Counted from the stretch's first letter, positions 16,076-24,894 are shown. The stretch is DNA of 32,000 nucleotides from an uncultured Draconibacterium sp. (GCF_963677565.2 NZ_CAXXWI010000001.1:1722232-1754231), one strand, 5' to 3'. Translations and numbers: made by a program. Notes: generated by a model not told the origin, from the sequence alone.

Positions 16076-17040
16076 TGTTTTACTGTTGCTTTGCCTATTG
16101 CTTTTCGCAATTTAAAATAAAGAAATTCTGCTTTCACATTTACTTCAAAATTGCCTTTTTGTTCTGCCGGATAACGTTGGTAATGATACGGTATTATATC
16201 GTGTTTAACGCCTGCTGTTCCAAAACTAATATTGCACCATTCTTTGTCGTGTATTTTTTTTATCAGCTTGATAGAAACGCCATCATCAGTGTATGGAAAT
16301 GCAAACGCTTTTACTTTGGGATTTACATTTTCAGTCACCCATTTCATACTTTTTTTAATGTGCTTCAACTGCCTTTTTTCCGATAACTTCCAAAACTCAG
16401 GATGTTTATGGCTGTGTCCGCCAATTGAAAAACCTTTGTTTTGAAGCTCTTTAATTTGAGCTGTTGTCATGTACGGTTGTTGGGTTTCAAGATAGGATTG
16501 GAAATCGATTTCAAGCAACTCTGCCGCATGGTCGAGAATCGTTCTTTTAGAGAAGGGAGCCTGCAATATCTTCTCTGGTGGGAGTCCGTTTTCATTGAGA
16601 TATCTTTCCACTTCAGCATCTGGGTGAGCTTTCATTTCGTTTAAAATCAGGCTGGCTTTGTAACGGTGAAATAGTTCTTTGTTGTCCACAAATCCGCTAT
16701 TTACGAAAAATGTAGCCGGAATTCCTTTCTGCAAAAGAATAGGTGCAACTATTTCAGCACATTCTTTTAGGCCATCATCAAAACTTAAATGAAAACTATT
16801 GGGTTTAGGAGTAGTTAATAATTCTTCCAGCGAAACAGGCATAAAATAGTTCAAATAGAAATCGAGTTCCTGCTTAAATTGTTTTTCGCTTATCGTTGGA
16901 TAATTTAAAATATGTGGCAGAGCCTGGTCGCTAACAACATGGTAGAAAGGTAAAAAAAGCGGAGCTTTTGCCTCCAGAAGTTTTCGGGTTGAAAACAGCG
17001 GACTCAGTTTTTTACTTACCAAACGCGGGAAATGCCTCAT
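16072..17040 (-). CDS. Polysaccharide deacetylase (NodB homology / CE4) family protein, cytoplasmic
   Basis: 322 aa. Canonical CE4 motif 1 (HLSFDDG), FFVNSGF, and motif 2 H-S-x-x-H (GGHSHKHPEF). No signal peptide or TM segment. Confidence 0.85.
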   Translation of the reverse strand: MRHFPRLVSKKLSPLFSTRKLLEAKAPLFLPFYHVVSDQALPHILNYPTISEKQFKQELDFYLNYFMPVSLEELLTTPKPNSFHLSFDDGLKECAEIVAPILLQKGIPATFFVNSGFVDNKELFHRYKASLILNEMKAHPDAEVERYLNENGLPPEKILQAPFSKRTILDHAAELLEIDFQSYLETQQPYMTTAQIKELQNKGFSIGGHSHKHPEFWKLSEKRQLKHIKKSMKWVTENVNPKVKAFAFPYTDDGVSIKLIKKIHDKEWCNISFGTAGVKHDIIPYHYQRYPAEQKGNFEVNVKAEFLYFKLRKAIGKATVKH

Positions 17041-17046
17041 TGCCAG

Positions 17047-17964
17047 TTATCGTTTTAGCCACTTGAAAAGCAAAGGTAAACGATTATATTTAAGTTGAAA
17101 GTAGGTTTCGGGTTTTGCTCCAAAGCCTTTGTAAAAGCGCTCCACTCCCGGAATCATCGATCCCTCGAAATCCAAAATCAGGTTTTTTTCGGCATTGTCT
17201 TCAATAAAACGGTTAATCAGGTAATACATGGCTCCTGTGTTTTTGCCTTCTTCATTTGATGCTGCATTAAAATAAATTACACGGTCTTTCCAACGGCAAA
17301 AATACACTGCAGCACAAAGTTCATTTCCCGGAGTGTATACGCCGTATATTTTTCCAAAACCTTTGTATTCGCCAAAAGCAATGAGACTTTTTAATTTATC
17401 AATAGCCGATTTGTTAACTCCGGCGGGCAGGTTTTGTGCTTTAAATTCGAGGTAGGCTTCAAGTCGGATTCCTTCAATAATTGTCAGATCCTGTTTTTGT
17501 GCTTTGGCAATATTGCGCTTTGTATTTTTCGAGTAGCCGGAAGTTATAGATTTAAAATTCTGGGTTAATGAAAGCAGGTAGTTTTTCCGCTCGAAAAAAA
17601 TATCTCCATTATTCTCTTCCTGAATATTTATCGCATTCAGTTGTATATCGGCGTATTTAAAACGATTACTTACGGCAGCGATAAATGCACTAAAAATAGT
17701 TTTTGATGGCGTTGGGAAAATTCCAAGCTGTTGCGAAAAAAGTGGCTGATAAAGGTATTTTATGCCCATTTTTTTCCGAAAAGGTAAGGGCATCACAAAT
17801 TCGTAATCGCCATAAACAAGAGCGTCCCATTCAATGGCAGTTCTGTCGAGATGCCAGTCGTAGGCATAAATTCTGCAATTAAACGCTCCATCAATGCATT
17901 GATTCCATTTATCAGAATCGATTTCTGCGTGTTTTATGTAGTGAATTTCTTTTTCGCTGCTCAT
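17047..17964 (-). CDS. FemAB-like / Acetyltransf_6 (BioF2-like) GNAT-fold protein
   Basis: 305 aa. C-terminal pattern ...AAVYFCRWKDRVIYFNAASNEEGKNTGAMYYLINRFIEDNAEKNLILDFEGS..., as in FemAB-related/CelD-type transferases. The N-terminal half (WDALVYGDYEFVMPLP) is typical of that family. Confidence 0.65.
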   Translation of the reverse strand: MSSEKEIHYIKHAEIDSDKWNQCIDGAFNCRIYAYDWHLDRTAIEWDALVYGDYEFVMPLPFRKKMGIKYLYQPLFSQQLGIFPTPSKTIFSAFIAAVSNRFKYADIQLNAINIQEENNGDIFFERKNYLLSLTQNFKSITSGYSKNTKRNIAKAQKQDLTIIEGIRLEAYLEFKAQNLPAGVNKSAIDKLKSLIAFGEYKGFGKIYGVYTPGNELCAAVYFCRWKDRVIYFNAASNEEGKNTGAMYYLINRFIEDNAEKNLILDFEGSMIPGVERFYKGFGAKPETYFQLKYNRLPLLFKWLKR

Positions 17965-17978
17965 TTAAAAATGCCGGA

Positions 17979-19301
17979 CTATTCATTTGCCCATTCAAAT
18001 CCCAGTTTGTTCATCTGTTCAAACACTCCTCTGAAACCTTCCCACGTACCCAGGTCGTTTACTGTTTCGTTGTGCCAGACACTTACAAATGTACCACCAA
18101 CATTTTTAACTTCCTGCATAATCTTTTTTATTTCTTCAAAAGCTTTTTCCGGTTGAAGTTGCAAGTAGTAACGCAGTGTTCCATCCATAACCTGAAAAGG
18201 AATAATTTTCAGGTCCGTTACCTTATCATTTTTCAGGTCGTAAAAACAATAGGGAGTACAAATACCTGCTCTAAATCCCGGTTGTCCGGAGTATCCTAAA
18301 GTATAGTCTTCTTTTATTCCTGCTTTTATTAAGCGATTATATGTTTTCGGAAATTTCAACATTAAAAAGTGTTGGCGACTTTTGTCGACCTCTTTACCGG
18401 TAATTTCTACCAAGCGTTGTTTCTCAATCCGAACTTTCTTTTTGCCTCCTTTTTTACTGCTGCTGAACGAAGGATGTATGCCAACATCGTACTTTTTTAC
18501 TGTTTCCGAGATAAGTGCCCTGTAACGATTATTGGAATGGGCAATGTTTTTGTCAAATTTGCCGTAGTCGCCCAGTAGGAAAAAGTATTTAACTTTATCT
18601 TCGTTGCCGGCAAACACGCTGTCGAGATAATCGTAGGTATCATACGGATCTTTTTCTTTTCCACTTAACACGCGCTTGCGTTTGGCATAGTCTTCTTTAT
18701 TGCCTGTAAATAATGCTTTTGCACGTGCTGCTGTAGTACGTAGAAATCCCTTGTTCTGATAAGCATAAGCATTATCAACATCGATGGTTGAAAGAAAGCT
18801 GAATTTTGGTTCAATGAATTCGAAAGACGGGTGTTTTTCTTTCAGCAACTTAGCCAGCAGTTTTGCCCAGATATTTACAATCGGTTTTTGCAGCAGGTTG
18901 TATTTGTATAATATGCTGTTTTGATAGCGGAACCGCCCGAGCTTATCGCGCTGATTAACGGCATATTCTTCGAATCGGGTTACAAGATAAAACGATGCAG
19001 CAAACGGATCGAAAGGCAAATCGGAGTCTTTCGAAGTTTCGCAAAAATATTTTTCGCCTTCGTACCAAACCGGATTAATGGATGGTGTAATTAAGGCTTT
19101 CTGAAAAATTAGTTTGTGAGGTTTAATGTAAAACTCGTCATCAAATTTTTCGTGAGAGTAATTGATTTTTGGCAACTCCGATTTTCTGAACTTATCGGAA
19201 TTTTGAGTAAAAGCAATCTCCGTTTGCAAAATATTGGAGAAAATCAGTTTTCCAATGTACTCGATTCGCGGGTTAACTTCATCAGAATAAAGAAGTATCA
19301 T
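17979..19301 (-). CDS. Divergent deacetylase-fold (glycoside hydrolase/deacetylase beta/alpha-barrel) protein with ~160-aa N-terminal extension (DUF7033-like)
   Basis: 440 aa. Its motifs (STIDVDNAY, VGIHPSFSS, SRQHFL, VSVWHNE) sit at spacings comparable to the CE4 metal and catalytic motifs but are non-canonical. The DUF7033 N-terminal assignment is from memory. No signal peptide. Confidence 0.6.
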   Translation of the reverse strand: MILLYSDEVNPRIEYIGKLIFSNILQTEIAFTQNSDKFRKSELPKINYSHEKFDDEFYIKPHKLIFQKALITPSINPVWYEGEKYFCETSKDSDLPFDPFAASFYLVTRFEEYAVNQRDKLGRFRYQNSILYKYNLLQKPIVNIWAKLLAKLLKEKHPSFEFIEPKFSFLSTIDVDNAYAYQNKGFLRTTAARAKALFTGNKEDYAKRKRVLSGKEKDPYDTYDYLDSVFAGNEDKVKYFFLLGDYGKFDKNIAHSNNRYRALISETVKKYDVGIHPSFSSSKKGGKKKVRIEKQRLVEITGKEVDKSRQHFLMLKFPKTYNRLIKAGIKEDYTLGYSGQPGFRAGICTPYCFYDLKNDKVTDLKIIPFQVMDGTLRYYLQLQPEKAFEEIKKIMQEVKNVGGTFVSVWHNETVNDLGTWEGFRGVFEQMNKLGFEWANE

Positions 19302-19315
19302 TTTCGTACGGTTTA

Positions 19316-20014
19316 TTAGTTTAACATTCCCTCATCGGCTAAACTCAGATAACTGTTCTGGCCAATAATAACGTGGTCGAGTACGGTAATATCCATAATT
19401 TCGGCCGCATTTTTTATTTTACTGGTGATATTCAGATCGGCATTTGATGCCTGCATAGTTCCTGAAGGGTGGTTGTGGCAAAGAATAATGGCACTTGCCA
19501 TTTTATCCAGCGCATTTTTTAGTATCAATCGAACATCGATTACTGTTCCAGATATTCCGCCCTGGCTAACCATAAACGAATCGATTATACGGTTGCCACG
19601 GTTTAGTAACAGAATCCAAAATTCTTCGTGGTTCAAATCCCCCAGCATCGGCATAAAAAAATCAGCTGCGTCTTTGCTGCTGCTTATCTGTTTTTTGTTG
19701 AATACATCAGCATCTTTTCTTCGTTTTCCCAGCTCTAAAGCTGCAACAATACTTACTGCTTTTGCTTCGCCAATTCCCTGAAATTTTGTTAAGTATTCGA
19801 TGCTTTTTCTGCCAAGGTCATTTAGGTTGTTATCCACCGAAGTTAAAATTCGCCGAGAGAGTTCTACTGCTGTTTCTTCAAGGTTGCCCGAGCCAATTAG
19901 TATGGCAATAAGCTCTGCATCGGTCAACGATCGTGGTCCTTTGTTCAAAAGTTTCTCGCGCGGACGATCCTCAACAGCCCAATCTTTAATGTTTAATTTT
20001 TTGTATTCTCCCAT
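19316..20014 (-). CDS. radC: RadC-family JAB/MPN domain protein (UPF0758)
   Basis: 232 aa. N-terminal RPREKL...GP..L.D.ELIAILIGSG, helix-hairpin-helix GIGEAKA, and the JAMM-like motif ILCHNHPSG....S..D. Confidence 0.9.
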   Translation of the reverse strand: MGEYKKLNIKDWAVEDRPREKLLNKGPRSLTDAELIAILIGSGNLEETAVELSRRILTSVDNNLNDLGRKSIEYLTKFQGIGEAKAVSIVAALELGKRRKDADVFNKKQISSSKDAADFFMPMLGDLNHEEFWILLLNRGNRIIDSFMVSQGGISGTVIDVRLILKNALDKMASAIILCHNHPSGTMQASNADLNITSKIKNAAEIMDITVLDHVIIGQNSYLSLADEGMLN

Positions 20015-20103
20015 CTGCCCGGTGTTCTTTCCTAAAATTAATCATAATTAATGATTTCGGAAACAGTAAATTATAGTTACAGAACATACGGGAATTTGAA
20101 ACA

Positions 20104-20136
20104 CAAAAAAACCTCTCCGAAACTCGGAGAGGTTTT
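20104..20136 (-). terminator. Rho-independent terminator of rpsT
   Basis: On the minus strand: CCTCTCCG-aguuu-CGGAGAGG followed by T7-8 (complement of the A-run at 20104..20111). It lies 23 nt downstream of the rpsT stop. Confidence 0.75.
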
Positions 20137-20158
20137 ATATTATGTGGTTTTTCTTTGC

Positions 20159-20410
20159 TTACAATGAATTAACCTGAACAGCTAATTTCGACTTCAGGTT
20201 AGAAGCTTTGTTTTTATGAATGATATTGCGTTTTGCTAATTTATCAATCATAGCTGCAACTGAAGGATACATTTTTTCTGCTTCAGCTTTATCAGTAGCA
20301 TTACGCAATGCTTTAATTGCATTACGAGTAGTTTTTGCGTAGTACTTGTTGTGTACTCTCTTCTTTTCGTCTTGACGAATTCTTTTTAATGCTGACTTAT
20401 GATGTGCCAT
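20159..20410 (-). CDS. rpsT: 30S ribosomal protein S20
   Basis: 83 aa. [24 protein letters not shown]... is the canonical bS20 N-terminus. Confidence 0.95.
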   Translation of the reverse strand: MAHHKSALKRIRQDEKKRVHNKYYAKTTRNAIKALRNATDKAEAEKMYPSVAAMIDKLAKRNIIHKNKASNLKSKLAVQVNSL

Positions 20411-20441
20411 TTTCTTTCTTTCTCTCTTTTTAAAAAATTAG

Positions 20442-20513
20442 TAGCCCGTAGGGGATTCGAACCCCTGCTACCAGGATGAAAACCTGGCGTCCTAACCCCT
20501 AGACGAACGGGCC
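20442..20513 (-). tRNA. tRNA-Glu (anticodon UUC)
   Basis: A 72-nt cloverleaf folded by hand: acceptor GGCCCGT/ACGGGCT, D-arm GTCT-AGGGGTTA-GGAC, anticodon arm CCAGG-TTTTCAT-CCTGG, T-arm AGGGG-TTCGAAT-CCCCT, discriminator A. CCA is not encoded. Confidence 0.9.
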
Positions 20514-20544
20514 TTCCTATTTAACTCCCTTAATTTTGGGACTG

Positions 20545-20575
20545 CAAAAATACTGCATTTTTGTAATCGACCAAA
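20545..20575 (-). promoter_or_regulatory. Candidate Bacteroidota promoter for tRNA-Glu (and probably rpsT): -33 TTTG, 19-nt spacer, -7 TATTTTTG
   Basis: On the minus strand, TTTG is the complement of 20572..20575 and TATTTTTG the complement of 20545..20552, with exactly 19 nt between. The -7 box ends 31 nt upstream of the tRNA 5' end. Confidence 0.5.
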
Positions 20576-20873
20576 TTTTTTCAGGATTTTTTTATCAGCT
20601 AAAATCGGTTTGCTTTTCGTTTAAAGCCCCGTTTTTATTTTAGCGCTGCAAAGGAAAGAAACATTTTTTAATCTGCAAACAAAAAATGAAAAAAAATGGG
20701 AAAATGTTTCTCCGTGTTGTGTCTAGTCTGAAATGACGCTTAAGTTTCGGTTATTTTTTGAATTTTACGAAATCAGAAAAAGTAAGCATAGCCATAGCTA
20801 CGTGAATCTTTTTATGGTAAGTAAAAACGAAAAAGAACAAAACTTGGGGCGATAGATCAGGCTTGATACAACA

Positions 20874-21596
20874 CTAACGTAATTCGAAGTTTTGACCGAG
20901 GTACACACGGCGCACATCTTCGTCGGCTGCCAGTTCATCTGCGGTGCCGGCTTTTAAAATATTTCCTTCAAAAAGCAGATATGAGCGGTCTGTAATTCGC
21001 AGTGTTTCGTGCACATTGTGGTCCGTTATCAGCACACCAATATTCTTTTCCTTTAATTTCATTACGATTTGCTGAATATCTTCTACTGCAATCGGATCAA
21101 CTCCTGCAAAAGGTTCGTCGAGTAAAATAAATTTCGGATCGATAGCCAGTGCACGTGCAATTTCGGTTCTTCTCCGTTCTCCTCCCGAGAGCTGAATACC
21201 TTTACTTTTGCGAATATGTTGCAGGCTGAACTCATCAATAAGTGTTTCCAGCTTTTCTTTTTGGTATGCTTTCGAGTAGTCGGTCATTTCCAGAACTGCC
21301 CTGATGTTGTCTTCAATACTCAACTTCCTGAAAACCGATGCTTCCTGTGCCAAGTAACCAATGCCGCGTTGGGCTCTTTTGTAAACCGGGAGTTTTGTAA
21401 TTTCTTTGTCGTCGAGAAAAATTTTTCCTGAAAAGGGTTGAATAAGCCCAACGATCATATAAAATGAAGTGGTTTTACCTGCTCCGTTCGGACCAAGTAA
21501 ACCCACAATTTCACCCTGTTTTACATCGAAACTAACCCCTTTTACAACGGTTCGTTTCCGGTATTTTTTTACGATATTTTCTGCTCGAAGAATCAT
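20874..21596 (-). CDS. lptB: LPS export ABC transporter ATP-binding protein LptB
   Basis: 240 aa. Walker [10 protein letters not shown], signature [15 protein letters not shown], Walker [14 protein letters not shown]-loop ITDHN, and C-terminal ...VRRVYLG..F. Confidence 0.9.
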   Translation of the reverse strand: MILRAENIVKKYRKRTVVKGVSFDVKQGEIVGLLGPNGAGKTTSFYMIVGLIQPFSGKIFLDDKEITKLPVYKRAQRGIGYLAQEASVFRKLSIEDNIRAVLEMTDYSKAYQKEKLETLIDEFSLQHIRKSKGIQLSGGERRRTEIARALAIDPKFILLDEPFAGVDPIAVEDIQQIVMKLKEKNIGVLITDHNVHETLRITDRSYLLFEGNILKAGTADELAADEDVRRVYLGQNFELR

Positions 21597-21628
21597 AATG
21601 GTTCAAATAACGTCAATTTTTCATTGAA

Positions 21629-22477
21629 TTACATGGCTTCCATCGCTTTTTCACGATTTTTAACTACACGACGCGAAATGACAATTCCAATCTCGTATAG
21701 GAAAACCAGCGGGAAACAAACCATAACCTGGCTGAAAATATCCGGAGGAGTAATAATCGCAGATAGCAATAACATTACAACATATGAGTGCCTGCGGTAT
21801 GTTTTCATAAACTGAGGTGTGAGAATCCCAACCTTACTCAAAAAGTAGGAGAAAATAGGAATAAGGAAAACCACTCCGGCTGCAAGCGATATAGATGTTA
21901 CTGATCCAATATATGAACGCAGATTAATGGTATTTTCCACTTCGCTACTTACCTGGTAAGTTCCTAAAAAGTGAATGGATAATGGTACAATTAAATAGTA
22001 GCCAAACAATATTCCCATTAAAAATAATATTGATGTAAAGAAAACAGCACCGCCGGCATGTTTGCGTTCGTTTTCGTATAATGCAGGTTTTATAAATCGC
22101 CAGAATTCGTAAAAAACAACCGGCGAAGCCAAAATAAATCCGGCAATTATCGATACCATAATATGGGTAGAAAACTGCCCTGCAATTTTTATACTCTGCA
22201 TTTTTAATGGTACCTGGTTAATTTTTACTGCTTCCGATCCTACAAGGTCGCCCAGTTTGGCAAACATACGGTTGGTCCAAAAGTCGGGCATCCGAGGACT
22301 CAATATAACAACGTCGAATATGAAAGATTTTAAAATGAATGCAACGATGGCAAAAATTACGATAGCCGCTGATGACCTGATGATGTGCCAACGAAGTATT
22401 TCCAGGTGCTCAAGAAACGACATTTCGCCTTTCTCGCCTTCCTTACCCTGTTTTTTTGTAGTTTGTTCTTCGCTCAT
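21629..22477 (-). CDS. tatC: Twin-arginine translocase subunit TatC
   Basis: 282 aa, six TM segments. MSFLEHLEILRW, ...FW.F..PALY..E..., and ...ITPPD..SQ motifs. The true start may be the internal MSFLEHL Met (about 17 codons downstream). Confidence 0.9.
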   Translation of the reverse strand: MSEEQTTKKQGKEGEKGEMSFLEHLEILRWHIIRSSAAIVIFAIVAFILKSFIFDVVILSPRMPDFWTNRMFAKLGDLVGSEAVKINQVPLKMQSIKIAGQFSTHIMVSIIAGFILASPVVFYEFWRFIKPALYENERKHAGGAVFFTSILFLMGILFGYYLIVPLSIHFLGTYQVSSEVENTINLRSYIGSVTSISLAAGVVFLIPIFSYFLSKVGILTPQFMKTYRRHSYVVMLLLSAIITPPDIFSQVMVCFPLVFLYEIGIVISRRVVKNREKAMEAM

Positions 22478-22707
22478 GAATTCTGGTTTTCAAAAAACTT
22501 CACAAATGTACACGATTTTTTTGCATTTAAAATTTCAATTATTCCTTAATATATATAATGTATAACTTTAATAATCCGTTTAAATATTAAGAGCAAATAA
22601 ATACTTTGGTTTTTAAAATATAAATTTTGTGAAAACGTATTGCCATTTTGCTTACTTTTAATAATTTAGAATTTACTTAATGCTACAGATATTGGGAGAG
22701 TGAAGAT

Positions 22708-24894
22708 ATGAGTGAAAAAATTGTATTGGCAGAGAAGTTGCAACACTTCTTTGGTTTCGACCGTTTTAAAGGGCAACAGGAAGATGCAATTAAAAGTGTG
22801 ATGGAGGGTAATAACACTTTTGTGTTAATGCCAACTGGCGGAGGAAAATCGTTAATTTATCAGTTACCGGCTTTAATTCTCGATGGTACTGCCATTGTAA
22901 TTTCTCCACTAATTGCTTTAATGAAAAACCAGGTAGATGCAATACGCGGAACGCATTCGGAAGACAGTGTTGCTCATTTCTTAAATTCGTCGTTATCAAA
23001 AGCTGCAATAACCCAGGTTAAAGAAGATGTTATAGCCGGAAAAACAAAACTGCTTTACGTTGCTCCCGAGTCGTTGACGAAAGAAGAGAATATTGAATTT
23101 CTCAAACAAATAAAAATCTCGTTCTATGCCATTGATGAAGCACATTGTATTTCAGAATGGGGGCACGATTTCAGACCGGAGTATCGAAGAATAAAGCCGA
23201 TTGTTGAAGAAATAGGTAAATCGCCGATGGTGGCGCTAACAGCAACAGCAACGGCAAAAGTTCAGCACGATATACAGAAAAATCTTGGCATTTTGGAAGC
23301 CAAAGTTTTTAAAGCTTCCTTCAATCGCGAGAATTTATATTATGAAGTACGGCCGAAGGTAAAAACCGAGACGCAGATCATAAAATTCATTAAACAGAAC
23401 GAAGGTAAATCAGGAATTATATACTGTTTGAGCCGGAAGAAGGTGGAAGAATTGGCAGAAACGTTGCAGGTTAACGGAATAAAAGCATTGGCTTATCACG
23501 CCGGAATGGATGCGGCAACACGATCGGGCAATCAGGATAAATTCCTGATGGAAGAAGTTGATGTAATTGTTGCAACCATAGCTTTCGGTATGGGAATTGA
23601 CAAACCGGATGTGCGTTTTGTAATTCACTACGATATTCCGAAGAGTCTTGAAGGATATTACCAGGAAACCGGTAGGGCAGGACGTGATGGCGGCGAAGGA
23701 AAGTGTATAACCTTTTACAGTTATAAAGACATACAGAAACTGGAAAAATTCATGCATGGCAAGCCCGTTGCTGAACAGGAAATTGGAAAACAGCTTTTGC
23801 TCGATACCGTTTCGTATGCCGAGTCCGCTATATGCCGCCGGATAATCTTGTTACATTATTTTGGAGAGAAATACGAGCCAACTAACTGCGGGAATTGTGA
23901 TAACTGTTTAAATCCAAAAGAACAGATTGAAGCCAAAGATGATATTGTTACTGCGCTGAAGGCCATTTTGGAAGTGAATGAGAAATATAAGGGCGACCAC
24001 ATTGCCAATATCCTTATTGGCAATGGCACTGCAGCCATAAAATCATTCAAGCATTACAACTTAAAATCGTTTGGCACAGGAAAAGAACACGACGAGCGTT
24101 TTTGGAATGCTGTATTCCGCCAATCAATGGTAGCGGGAATTATCAACAAAGATATTGAGAACTACGGTTTGCTGAAAGTGACACAAAAAGGTCATGATTT
24201 CCTTGAAAAGCCTCATAGTTTTATGTTGGTGAAAAACCACGAATATGAAGAGGAAGACGATTCGGGTAATGCAGGAGGAGCTCCATCAGGTGGTGCAAGT
24301 GGCGACCCTCAATTGTTTGCAATGCTTAAGGACCTGCGGAAAAAAATGGCAAAAAAACATAATTTGCCACCGTTTGTAATTTTCCAGGATCCCTCGCTGG
24401 CCGATATGTCCATTCAGTATCCCATTACGCGGGAGGAGTTGCAAAATATCCAGGGAGTGGGACAGGGAAAAGCCCGGCGTTATGGAAAAGAGTTTGTTTC
24501 CCTTATAAAATCTTATGTGGAAGAAAATGAGATTGAACGACCCGAGGATTTGGTGGTGCGCACCGTTGCCAACAAATCGAAAATGAAGGTGTTCATCATT
24601 CAAAGTATCGACCGCAAACTTTCCTTTGAAGATATTGCCGATTCAAAAGGGATCGAGGTGGTTGATGTAATAAGTGAAGTGGAGGCAATTGTTAATTCCG
24701 GAACCAAATTAAACATTGATTATTACATCGAAGATGTGATTGATGAAGATCATCAGGATGATATTTTTGAATATTTCCGCGAAGCAGAAACTGATTCTAT
24801 TCAAGATGCATTGGAAGAACTGGGCGAAGATGAATACTCGGAGGAAGACATTCGTTTAATGCGCGTGAAATTCTTCTCTGATATGGGCAATTAA
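22708..24894 (+). CDS. recQ: ATP-dependent DNA helicase RecQ
   Basis: 728 aa. FGFD.FKG.Q, Walker A PTGGGKS, DEAH box (IDEAHCISEWGHDFRPEY), Zn-binding C....C..CDNC module, and a C-terminal HRDC region (LPPFVIFQD..L..M). Confidence 0.95.
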   Translation: MSEKIVLAEKLQHFFGFDRFKGQQEDAIKSVMEGNNTFVLMPTGGGKSLIYQLPALILDGTAIVISPLIALMKNQVDAIRGTHSEDSVAHFLNSSLSKAAITQVKEDVIAGKTKLLYVAPESLTKEENIEFLKQIKISFYAIDEAHCISEWGHDFRPEYRRIKPIVEEIGKSPMVALTATATAKVQHDIQKNLGILEAKVFKASFNRENLYYEVRPKVKTETQIIKFIKQNEGKSGIIYCLSRKKVEELAETLQVNGIKALAYHAGMDAATRSGNQDKFLMEEVDVIVATIAFGMGIDKPDVRFVIHYDIPKSLEGYYQETGRAGRDGGEGKCITFYSYKDIQKLEKFMHGKPVAEQEIGKQLLLDTVSYAESAICRRIILLHYFGEKYEPTNCGNCDNCLNPKEQIEAKDDIVTALKAILEVNEKYKGDHIANILIGNGTAAIKSFKHYNLKSFGTGKEHDERFWNAVFRQSMVAGIINKDIENYGLLKVTQKGHDFLEKPHSFMLVKNHEYEEEDDSGNAGGAPSGGASGDPQLFAMLKDLRKKMAKKHNLPPFVIFQDPSLADMSIQYPITREELQNIQGVGQGKARRYGKEFVSLIKSYVEENEIERPEDLVVRTVANKSKMKVFIIQSIDRKLSFEDIADSKGIEVVDVISEVEAIVNSGTKLNIDYYIEDVIDEDHQDDIFEYFREAETDSIQDALEELGEDEYSEEDIRLMRVKFFSDMGN

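Noticed and set aside
15943-16644. Plus-strand ORFs (147, 70 and 67 aa) inside the cassette
   Set aside because: They are antisense to the GNAT-like and CE4 deacetylase genes. Their Phe/Cys/Ile-rich composition is typical of the reverse frame of AT-rich coding DNA.
19316-20014. RadC/JAB gene as a marker of a mobile element or defence island
   Set aside because: It has the full-length housekeeping architecture (HhH plus JAB). It lies between rpsT and conserved genes, with no integrase, conjugation, anti-restriction or phage genes nearby.
8788-22477. tatA and tatC being 12.5 kb apart on opposite strands, as something unusual
   Set aside because: As far as I recall, unlinked tatA and tatC, and tatC next to lptB, are common arrangements in Bacteroidota. 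I do not consider this noteworthy without comparative data.
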